The notes under the pieces are model-generated. The model saw only the letters and a program-made list of their open reading frames with translations. It had not been told where the DNA came from and did no database searches. The translations under genes and the position numbers were made by a program. 64,000 nucleotides of DNA, taken from Cyanobacteria bacterium auto_48_18. GTDB taxonomy: Bacteria; Cyanobacteriota; Vampirovibrionia; Obscuribacterales; Obscuribacteraceae. Positions 1 through 7,487 of this stretch are shown here, one piece after another. Every line of letters begins with the position of its first letter. Positions within the stretch are counted from its first letter, which is position 1. The DNA is taken from contig JAVHQC010000036.1 of assembly GCA_036170915.1 (NCBI GenBank), forward strand, positions 128,001 through 192,000, read 5' to 3'.

Positions 1-2
1 GC

Positions 3-227
3 ATTCGCGACGGTCGCGGCCGTGTCGAGCAAGTTTTTGTACTGGTAAAGAATTGGAAAAATGACACCATTGATGGTGAGCTTGCCAGCCAGGTCGCACT
101 GACCGACTATAAAATCGGCCAACCGCTCAAGGTGGCTGAAAAGGACATGCTTGACTGGACAATTTTGAGCCCGCAGGGCACTGAAGAAGGTAACTTAATC
201 GGTAAGTTTTTAGACTCGCAGCACTAA
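3..227 (+). CDS. 3' fragment of a DUF2314/YegJ-like protein (runs off the window start)
   Basis: Own translation of frame 3: IRDGRGRVEQVFVLVKNWKNDTIDGELASQV...MLDWTILSPQGTEEGNLIGKFLDSQH*. The C-terminal DW..EEGN..GKFLD pattern is typical of this family. Confidence 0.6.
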   Translation: MRDGRGRVEQVFVLVKNWKNDTIDGELASQVALTDYKIGQPLKVAEKDMLDWTILSPQGTEEGNLIGKFLDSQH

Positions 228-347
228 TGCTGAAATTATCCGATGGTATATAGCTAGCCTTAAATAGTGACGCAATTGCTGGTGTTTCAATCACAGACGC
301 AGCAGAGCAGTACGCCCTTTTTTCAGCCTACATATGCGCCCCAAAAA

Positions 348-1958
348 TTATTTATCATGATCCATTTTACTGTGGTCCATCCCGGGCATTTTGCTGTGGT
401 CCACGGTCCCCTGCAGTTGGGCAGGGTCAATTCGACCAGCTTTTATATCTGACATCAGTCGGTCATATTCTTTTGGCGGCAAAACCCGCACTAGATTCAT
501 CATTCCCTGCAGCATAGAACTCCATTGGGGTGCTAGATAATTGTTTTCCGGCCTAGCTACCGCTGCATCCATCGGCATCATCATTAGTTGATCCTGTGGA
601 TACCCCGGACCCTTTCTACTGTTTGCATCTTTTCCTAGAGTCGATTCTGCTTGAGAGTTGTCTCCCGCTGTATGTCCGATGCTATGAGGTGTAGCTTGGT
701 CACGATCAACAGTGTTACCCATGCCTCTTCCCATAGCCGGACCCATCTCTTCGCTAGTTGCAGTACCCTGGGTGACGATTCCCATTCCTTCTTCCAGTCC
801 GCCGCCAGTTTGCATGCCATGCCCCACGTGGGCCATTGGTCCAACCATTGAAACCATGTTATTCATCATGTGGTGAGGCATATGACAATGCAACATCCAA
901 TCACCTGGATATTTAGCATCAAATTCAATATCCCGCGCCTGAGCAACTCCCACAATCACAGTGTTGCCAGGGAACCAAGCTGATTGAGGTATCCGCCCCC
1001 CTTCAGTACCAGTGACGTAGAACTGATGGCCGTGAAGATGGATCGGGTGGTGGTCCATACCAAGATTGACCAATCGAATTTTCACGCGGTCGCCGAGCCT
1101 CACTATCAGCGGAGTCGTTGACGGCGCGGATTTCCCATTCATTGTCAACCAATTGAATTCCATTCCCATTGAATTTGGTACCGGGTTATTTTGCAAGACT
1201 GCGAATTCCTGTAAGACAATTCCGAATTCCTTGTCCACTGGCGGATTGTGTGGCTTTTTTGGATGAATGACAAACATGCCGATTGCCCCCATCATCTCCT
1301 GCATTGCACCATGTGAATGATAAAAATATGTACCGTTTTGGTGCAGAGTAAAGTCGTAAGTGAATGTTTCACCCGGCTTAACTGGATGCTGGCTAATGTA
1401 GGGCATGCCGTCCATAGAAATGGGAATTTCGAACCCATGCCAATGAACAGTAGTATCCTCTGGCAGGTTGTTGTGGAAAATCACACGCACATGATCTCCT
1501 TCATTTACTTCGATGATCGGACCAGGAACACTGCCGTTATATCCCCATAGAGTTAGCACCTTTGCAGGTCCCATCCCAGAAGCAGGTAAAATTTCTCGCT
1601 TTACTATTTCAGCCTGAAGATGAAAAACCTTTACTCCGTTTTGCATTGTCCACGGTAGATGTTTGATGTCGGGCGTCACTACTGATACTGTCTGTGGTGC
1701 CCGTTGCGATAAAGTCTTAACTTGCGATATCGCCTTTGTGGTCCTCATCTGTGGCTCTTTACGACGAATCATTACATCATGATCCATCTTGCTATGGTCC
1801 ATGGCAGGCATTTCTTTCTTTTCTTGCTTGTTCGCGGGCATTTGCATTTTACTGTGATCCATACCGGGCATATTCATCTTGCTGTGATCCTGTGCAAGTG
1901 CATTGGAAACGGAAATGGAGCCTGCAAGAAAACAGACAAAAAACCTAAAAGCTTTCAT
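348..1958 (-). CDS. Two-domain multicopper oxidase (copper oxidase) with Met/His-rich termini
   Basis: Cu motifs HWHG, YHSH, HPIHLHGH and HCHMPHHMMNNM; five DHSKM repeats; Sec-like signal MKAFRFF...ALA. Start placed at the ATG at 1958 (ORF track starts at 1979). Confidence 0.92.
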   Translation of the reverse strand: MKAFRFFVCFLAGSISVSNALAQDHSKMNMPGMDHSKMQMPANKQEKKEMPAMDHSKMDHDVMIRRKEPQMRTTKAISQVKTLSQRAPQTVSVVTPDIKHLPWTMQNGVKVFHLQAEIVKREILPASGMGPAKVLTLWGYNGSVPGPIIEVNEGDHVRVIFHNNLPEDTTVHWHGFEIPISMDGMPYISQHPVKPGETFTYDFTLHQNGTYFYHSHGAMQEMMGAIGMFVIHPKKPHNPPVDKEFGIVLQEFAVLQNNPVPNSMGMEFNWLTMNGKSAPSTTPLIVRLGDRVKIRLVNLGMDHHPIHLHGHQFYVTGTEGGRIPQSAWFPGNTVIVGVAQARDIEFDAKYPGDWMLHCHMPHHMMNNMVSMVGPMAHVGHGMQTGGGLEEGMGIVTQGTATSEEMGPAMGRGMGNTVDRDQATPHSIGHTAGDNSQAESTLGKDANSRKGPGYPQDQLMMMPMDAAVARPENNYLAPQWSSMLQGMMNLVRVLPPKEYDRLMSDIKAGRIDPAQLQGTVDHSKMPGMDHSKMDHDK

Positions 1959-1994
1959 AGATGCTCCGTAAGAAATCATTTTTTAAATCCAGAA

Positions 1995-3458
1995 TTAGTA
2001 ATGATCAACATTGTGATTTTCGTCCAATGAGCTGATATCGCCCTCTTCCGAGCCCATCATTCCTTGTAACCCAGTCAGCTCTCCATGTTCAAATTGCGAG
2101 CGCGGAAGATCAAGTCCACCACCAAGCAAATATCCGTCTAGCTGAGTCGAGCCCTGCTGCAAACGAACTAACGAAGAGATGTATTTTTGACGCACCTGAA
2201 ATGAGGTGCGCCTGGCTATAAGTACTTGAGGATATGCGGCAGCCATCTGTGCAAACTTTGTTTTTTGCAGTTGATAGGCTTCGTCTGCACGTGGCAAAAT
2301 AATATCGCGATATCGAGTGACAGCGTCAAGAGCCGTGTTGTAGTCTCGCACGGCACCTGCCAGCTGAATACGCAATTGCATTTTCAGTCGGTCTATTTCC
2401 CGCTGGGCAATGAGAAGTTCTGATTGCGCAGATGCTATACCACCAGGGTTACGATTAAAAATCGGCAGAGTTATTCCAACTTGAGCATTAGCCAAAACTC
2501 CTGTGCGCGGTGGTTTTCCAGCGCCACCAGTGTCAAGAAATTCAGTGCTATAACCCATAGCGCCACGAACAAACAGATCGGGCATCGGCTCAGCTTTGGC
2601 TCGTATTACTACCGCCCGCGCCCGTTGAATCTGCGCCTGAGCAGCTTTCATTTGAGGGCTTTGATCAATAAGCCGCTTATATAATTGTGCTTCGTCAACT
2701 GGTCCAAGTCTATCTTCAAGATTGCCTGAGAGCCTAACAGGTGACATCTCAGGAGTGCCGAGAAGTACCGCTAAAGTGCGCCATGCGTGTAGGTATGAGT
2801 TTCTTGCAGATACTACTTCGTGTTCAACTAATTCTTTTTCAATACTGGATTCTAAATAATCGGGCTTGTCGGCCTGTCCTACATTGAACAATTCAGAAGT
2901 GGTATTAGTTGCATCCCGTGCTAAGGTAGCTAACTCGTTCTGTAAATCAAGCATTTCTTGTGCGCCTAATACCCGATAAAACAATCCGCGAATGGTATTC
3001 AAAACACGCTGTTTCTGACTTTCAGATTCAATTCCAGCTTGTGTAACTTCAGCGCTATACACGTCTCGCATTTTGCGTAGTTTGCCGCCAAGTGGAATGG
3101 TCTGAACGACAAAGCCTAAGTATGTGGGCTTTTGACTAAGTGCACGAAATGCAAAATTCTCCACTTCGCCACCAACCACAGGATTAGGCAAGAGTCCGGC
3201 TTGTTTTCGTCTCCCTTCAGCTCCCCGAACCATTGATTCAGCTTGTGCCAGAGTAGGATTTGTCTTAATCGCCAGCTGTTCGATTTGTGTTAGTGACATA
3301 GAAGAGGCAGGTGACGACAGCGTTATGGCCTCTCGCAGCTGGAGTTTGGGTTGTAGCTCAGGTTTAGGTTGTACACCTTGCGCCTCCACAACGCCATTAG
3401 TAATCGTAATTGCAACAGCAAAAACTGCGGCGGTTGACTGTTTCGCTAATAATTTCAT
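1995..3458 (-). CDS. TolC-family outer membrane efflux protein (heavy-metal/CzcC-like)
   Basis: Signal peptide and two OEP repeats (A..NP.L...; LPNP; QTIPLGGK; ITLPIFNRN); 15 nt upstream of the copper oxidase ORF. Confidence 0.9.
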   Translation of the reverse strand: MKLLAKQSTAAVFAVAITITNGVVEAQGVQPKPELQPKLQLREAITLSSPASSMSLTQIEQLAIKTNPTLAQAESMVRGAEGRRKQAGLLPNPVVGGEVENFAFRALSQKPTYLGFVVQTIPLGGKLRKMRDVYSAEVTQAGIESESQKQRVLNTIRGLFYRVLGAQEMLDLQNELATLARDATNTTSELFNVGQADKPDYLESSIEKELVEHEVVSARNSYLHAWRTLAVLLGTPEMSPVRLSGNLEDRLGPVDEAQLYKRLIDQSPQMKAAQAQIQRARAVVIRAKAEPMPDLFVRGAMGYSTEFLDTGGAGKPPRTGVLANAQVGITLPIFNRNPGGIASAQSELLIAQREIDRLKMQLRIQLAGAVRDYNTALDAVTRYRDIILPRADEAYQLQKTKFAQMAAAYPQVLIARRTSFQVRQKYISSLVRLQQGSTQLDGYLLGGGLDLPRSQFEHGELTGLQGMMGSEEGDISSLDENHNVDHY

Positions 3459-3529
3459 ATAAACCTAGTTTTGTTTTCGCTGAGGTGAAGTGCATTTGTC
3501 CTGCGGCGTGGTCAAATTTTATTTCAAGA

Positions 3530-3562
3530 TGAAGCGGCCAAGGCAGAGCCTCAGCCGCTTCA
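3530..3562 (-). promoter_or_regulatory. Intercistronic RNA hairpin between the Cys-rich gene and tolC
   Basis: Minus strand TGAAGCGGCTGAGGC-TCT-GCCTTGGCCGCTTCA forms a 15-bp stem with two G-U pairs; no strong U tract follows. Confidence 0.6.
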
Positions 3563-3579
3563 CACATGGTGTGCGCTAA

Positions 3580-3840
3580 TTATCCGCAGCAGGCCGCGTC
3601 TGAATCGCAACATGGTGCTTCAGCTGCGCAGCAATCAGAAGCGCTTGTCTTAACTTGCTGCTTGTCTGCGTTCTTAACTTCCGCATCACAGCAAGAAGCT
3701 GTTCCTGAAGAACAACACGAAGCTTGCACTTCGCAGCACGATGACGCTTTTTCGGGAGTCGAGGCCTGGCTAATTGCAGGCAGCAAGCCAAAAGCAGCTA
3801 GTGCTAAAGCGATTGCGAATAAGCCAATATTAGATTTCAT
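3580..3840 (-). CDS. Small secreted Cys-rich (6x CC) metallothionein-like protein
   Basis: 86 aa from the ATG at 3840 with AGGAGT SD 7 nt upstream; signal peptide MKSNIGLFAIALALAAFGLLPAISQA; mature part has 12 Cys, all as CC pairs. Confidence 0.8.
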   Translation of the reverse strand: MKSNIGLFAIALALAAFGLLPAISQASTPEKASSCCEVQASCCSSGTASCCDAEVKNADKQQVKTSASDCCAAEAPCCDSDAACCG

Positions 3841-3918
3841 AAGTAAAACTCCTTGAGAAAAACACATTAATAGGGCGCTCTGATTAAAAGCGCGTCAAAA
3901 AGTTGCCAGATGTGCTTT

Positions 3919-4113
3919 TTAGATCAGGAGTGAACGCTTAAGTAAATAAAGCTTGTTGCTAGCTAAATGAAGTGGATCGCTCCACAATTCAAAGGTTGTC
4001 GATGTGGCGGCTATCTCTGAGATTAGAGACCCCGGAGCAATAGGTGTAATGTGCAGCAATTGGGAGTATCGTAAGTCGAACTCAGCAGCTGGGAAGGCCG
4101 CAGGTGCATGCCA
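3919..4113 (-). pseudogene. Leader-peptide-like reading frame ending KLYLLKRSLLI*, 5'-truncated or non-ATG start
   Basis: Own translation: 64 open codons (WHAPAAFPAAEFDLRYSQLLHITPIAPGSLISEIAATSTTFELWSDPLHLASNKLYLLKRSLLI*) bounded by an in-frame TAG at 4114-4116. No ATG; a TTG at 4057-4059 lacks an obvious SD. Confidence 0.55.
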
Positions 4114-4190
4114 CTATGGGAAGCGCTAACTATTAGGGGTTCGCCCCTGTTAATTAGCGCGTACATTGAAGTTACAGGGGACTTCACATC

Positions 4191-4529
4191 ATGCAAAACA
4201 ACCAACAAAGCCTGGCAGAGCTTGAGAAACTGCACAAAGAGGCTACTGCCGAAGCTGATCAAGTCTTTAGCATCCATGGTGACACTGTTGAACTAAGAAC
4301 AATGCGGAGTGGATTAGCTATCATCGAAGAAAAGATTACTGAGTTACGCAGAGAGTTGCAGATTGGCGTTGAAGAGATCAAGAATGAAGTTGAAGAACTA
4401 AGAAATGTTGCCCGAGTCACTCAAGAACATATCAATAAAGATGTTGAAGAGTTGAACACTAGAATGCTCGACGAAATCCACGAAATCGAAAAAGAAGTCA
4501 AAGAATTACGTGACGCAAACGAGCAGTAG
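4191..4529 (+). CDS. Hypothetical coiled-coil protein
   Basis: 112 aa, Glu-rich heptad pattern (VEEI/VEEL repeats); GGGGA SD-like sequence upstream. Confidence 0.65.
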   Translation: MQNNQQSLAELEKLHKEATAEADQVFSIHGDTVELRTMRSGLAIIEEKITELRRELQIGVEEIKNEVEELRNVARVTQEHINKDVEELNTRMLDEIHEIEKEVKELRDANEQ

Positions 4530-4567
4530 AGATCCGGCTTACATCCTGATATTGCCTCTCACATAGC

Positions 4568-4599
4568 AAAAAATGGTCTCCAGGGAAACCATTTTTTTT
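4568..4599. terminator. Probable bidirectional intrinsic terminator
   Basis: AAAAAATGGT-CTCCAGGGAA-ACCATTTTTTTT between convergent genes. Confidence 0.6.
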
Positions 4600-4647
4600 A
4601 GCAATTTAATTATCCGACGTTCCAATCACTGCTTTAAAGCTTCGACC

Positions 4648-5262
4648 TTAGAGCTTCTGCATGTAGTACTCTGGGTCTTTCAGACCGCCATCTAAAGATG
4701 GCTTTTTGCCGCCGTCAAAAGGCTTACCGGAATTTTGCCACTCGTTTGAGCCCTTGTCTTTGAGGCCGCCGTCAGCTGGAATCTTTGGCTTGTCTGGCGA
4801 GAATTCGAGGGTACCTTCCACTGTGGCTCCAGGTTTGCCGGCAGCAGCCAGTTCTTTCTTCTTCTGAATCAAGTTAGCCTGTTCAACTGCTGTTTCCTTC
4901 TTCATTTTGATCAGCGTGCCATCATCAAGGTCGTCACTTTTCTTTTGACCAATGATGTCATCTTCGCTCATCATTTTCTTTTCTTTCATACCTGAAGAAT
5001 TGTCATTCTTCTCATTTTTGCCAGTTTTGTATGGGTCGTCAAATGTCAAAAATTTGTCGTCTTTAGTGCCACCATCGTGGTTAAGGCTATTCTTCTCTGA
5101 GGAGGCTTTACCGGGAGCATCCTTGAACGTTTTCTCCATGCCTTTCCAAGATTCCACGGCGATGCTACCTAATTTTTCTGACTTCCCTTGTTGATTCTCG
5201 TTTCCTTTAACAGCGGTGTTATCGTGCGATTCAGTTTCAACTAAATTGTTTACTCTGGCCAT
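4648..5262 (-). CDS. Hypothetical hydrophilic, low-complexity protein
   Basis: 204 aa, K/D/E/G-rich; repeated DGG and DGGLKD motifs; GAGG SD; no signal peptide. Confidence 0.7.
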   Translation of the reverse strand: MARVNNLVETESHDNTAVKGNENQQGKSEKLGSIAVESWKGMEKTFKDAPGKASSEKNSLNHDGGTKDDKFLTFDDPYKTGKNEKNDNSSGMKEKKMMSEDDIIGQKKSDDLDDGTLIKMKKETAVEQANLIQKKKELAAAGKPGATVEGTLEFSPDKPKIPADGGLKDKGSNEWQNSGKPFDGGKKPSLDGGLKDPEYYMQKL

Positions 5263-5408
5263 GATTGCTTACCTCTAGTAATTTGTCGTTTGATCCACCG
5301 ACCTGGGGCTGTTTGAGCCGGTGTGATGCGCTACGAGAACAAATCTAGAAGAAAGTTATTACGGACTTGTGATTGCGATGTGTCTGGTTTGTAACGGGGT
5401 AAACCTAT

Positions 5409-6863
5409 CTATAGAGCCCGCAGAATACGCACCAACCTATCAATGCCGCGGCCAAAAGCGGCCAGAGGAATGCGTTCGTCTTTGCCGTGCATGGTGGCCA
5501 GGTGTTCGGCGTCTACTTCAATAGGCTCAAACCCATAACTATGTATACCGAGCTCACGGAACCAGTGCGAATCAGTGAACCAAGGCACTACCACCGGTAC
5601 CACAGGCGCTGTCGCACCTTCAGCAGCGTTGGCGGCTTTGATAGCGCGAAACATGTCATTGTCGTAAGGTGATGGGTCACCTTTTTCCCACTCAATCACT
5701 TTAACTTCGATACTCGGATCCCCAATGGTTTGCTTGATATCTGCCACAAACTCTTCTGGCGTTACACCCGGCAGTAGCCGGCAGTCTAGCTCTGCGTAAG
5801 ATTGAGCAGGGATGACATTGGTTTTATAGCCGGCTTTGAGAACAGTAATCGACACGGTATTGCGCAGCATAGAATATTTGAGTTTATCTACTGACAGTTT
5901 TGCTTCTGTTTCTTTCGAAGGGTTCACAGCGGTTTTGGCAATATCAGCGTAAAGATCTTTGAGTGGTCCTGACTCCGTTGCAGCGATAGACTGGAAAAAT
6001 TCTTTGACCGGCGGTAACAATTTCATCTTTGGCGGATTATCAGCAATGCGACCGAGGGCTTTAATCATTCTATTGTTGGCCGAATCACTCATAGGCATAG
6101 AGGCATGGCCAGCCAGGCCGTTGGCGGTCAGTGAAAGCCAAAGAACCGACTTCTCGGCATAATCAACGCCCCAATATTTTGCCTTGCCACCACTTTCGGC
6201 TTCAATTGAATAACCTTCATTCAATAAATATTCCGCATCGCTCACCAGTTCTTTTTTGTTCTTTGCAAACCATTCGGCGCCATAAGTGCCACCCACTTCT
6301 TCGTCAGGAGTGGCAATAAAAATAATATCTCTATCCAGTAATTGACCAGAGCGTTTAATGGCAAGCATAGCAGCCAGTTCAATAATGCCCATGCCTTTCA
6401 TATCGAGGGTGCCCCGGCCCCACAATTCACCATCATGAATCTCGGCAGCGAAAGGCGGGTACTTCCAGTCGCTGGCTTGAGCTGGAACAACATCAATGTG
6501 ACTGAGCAAAATAACGGCTTTCTTTTTACCCGTGCCTTTCAAGCGACCGATTACTATGGCGCGATCTTTTGCCGAGTCAAAGACTTGAGCCTCGATGCCA
6601 TTGTCGCTAAGCACCTTTTGTAAATAGAGAGCGCCTAGCTTTTCATTGCCTGGCGGATTGGTGGTATCAATTTTAATGTAGTTGCTAAGTAGCTTGACCG
6701 CCTGATCATATTCGCTGTCATCGATAGCGCCTTTTATGTTTGCGGCATCAACTAATGCACTGGAGCTCGTGAACAACGTTGTTAAACTAAGTGCCGAAGC
6801 CAAAATTACTCTATTCAAAATCAATGACAATTTGTCCTCACATTGGCGGAAGTTGCAAAGCAC
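5409..6863 (-). CDS. M20/M25/M40 family metallopeptidase/aminoacylase (secreted)
   Basis: SHIDVVP, GRGTLDMKG, DEE, GHAS, TDS and HGKDER motifs; N-terminal hydrophobic signal; exact start uncertain. Confidence 0.9.
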   Translation of the reverse strand: MLCNFRQCEDKLSLILNRVILASALSLTTLFTSSSALVDAANIKGAIDDSEYDQAVKLLSNYIKIDTTNPPGNEKLGALYLQKVLSDNGIEAQVFDSAKDRAIVIGRLKGTGKKKAVILLSHIDVVPAQASDWKYPPFAAEIHDGELWGRGTLDMKGMGIIELAAMLAIKRSGQLLDRDIIFIATPDEEVGGTYGAEWFAKNKKELVSDAEYLLNEGYSIEAESGGKAKYWGVDYAEKSVLWLSLTANGLAGHASMPMSDSANNRMIKALGRIADNPPKMKLLPPVKEFFQSIAATESGPLKDLYADIAKTAVNPSKETEAKLSVDKLKYSMLRNTVSITVLKAGYKTNVIPAQSYAELDCRLLPGVTPEEFVADIKQTIGDPSIEVKVIEWEKGDPSPYDNDMFRAIKAANAAEGATAPVVPVVVPWFTDSHWFRELGIHSYGFEPIEVDAEHLATMHGKDERIPLAAFGRGIDRLVRILRAL

Positions 6864-7013
6864 GCCGAATCTATATACATTGCGGTAAACCAGTGTAACG
6901 GCAAGATCAGTTTACTTGAAGGCAATGATATGGAATTAGGGTGGCTTATTTGACAGAATGATTAGCTGAGAAGGTCTTTTGACTTTCCATGTGGTTCTGA
7001 AAGGATTATATAA

Positions 7014-7457
7014 ATGACTAAGTCAATTCGTGTTTTGGCCCTCACTGCCGCTGTCGCTCTTTCTGCCTTTGCCCCTTCATGGGCCGAAGATACAACGACA
7101 ACATCAACCACCACCACTACTTCTACCGATACAACCGTTGCTCCGAAAAAATCGATTATGAAAACTATCAAGGCCGATAGCAAAAAAATCGAAACCGGCA
7201 TGGTAAACGGTACTAAGGGCGCAGTTAAAGGTGTCGAGAAAGTAACTAAAGACATCGGTAACGGTACAAAGAAAGCCGCTACAGCTGTAGTGAAGGGCAC
7301 CGAAAAAGTAGTAAAAGACACAGGCAAAGGTCTTCAGAAAATGGGTGCCGGCGCTAAAACTGGCGTTGAAAAAATGACCGGCAAAGGCAAAGTCAAAACC
7401 ACTGCCACCACCACTAACACAACAACTACTACCACAACCGACGATTCAGCTAAATAG
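7014..7457 (+). CDS. Secreted protein with six 11-mer amphipathic repeats flanked by poly-Thr tracts
   Basis: Signal peptide ending PSWA; 11-residue periodicity (xxxGxxKxxKx); Thr runs at both ends. Confidence 0.8.
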   Translation: MTKSIRVLALTAAVALSAFAPSWAEDTTTTSTTTTTSTDTTVAPKKSIMKTIKADSKKIETGMVNGTKGAVKGVEKVTKDIGNGTKKAATAVVKGTEKVVKDTGKGLQKMGAGAKTGVEKMTGKGKVKTTATTTNTTTTTTTDDSAK

Positions 7458-7487
7458 AAATCAGTCACAGGGAGCAATTGAGGAAAT

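Noticed and set aside
3566..3856. Alternative ORFs overlapping the Cys-rich gene (3566-3856 plus, 3576-3791 minus)
   Set aside because: The 3580-3840 frame has the SD, signal peptide and operon orientation; the others lack these.
4023..4277. 84-aa minus-strand ORF containing PNCC as the intact copper leader
   Set aside because: It overlaps the divergent coiled-coil gene, has no signal peptide and stops before the LLI motif; kept only as a possible frameshift partner.
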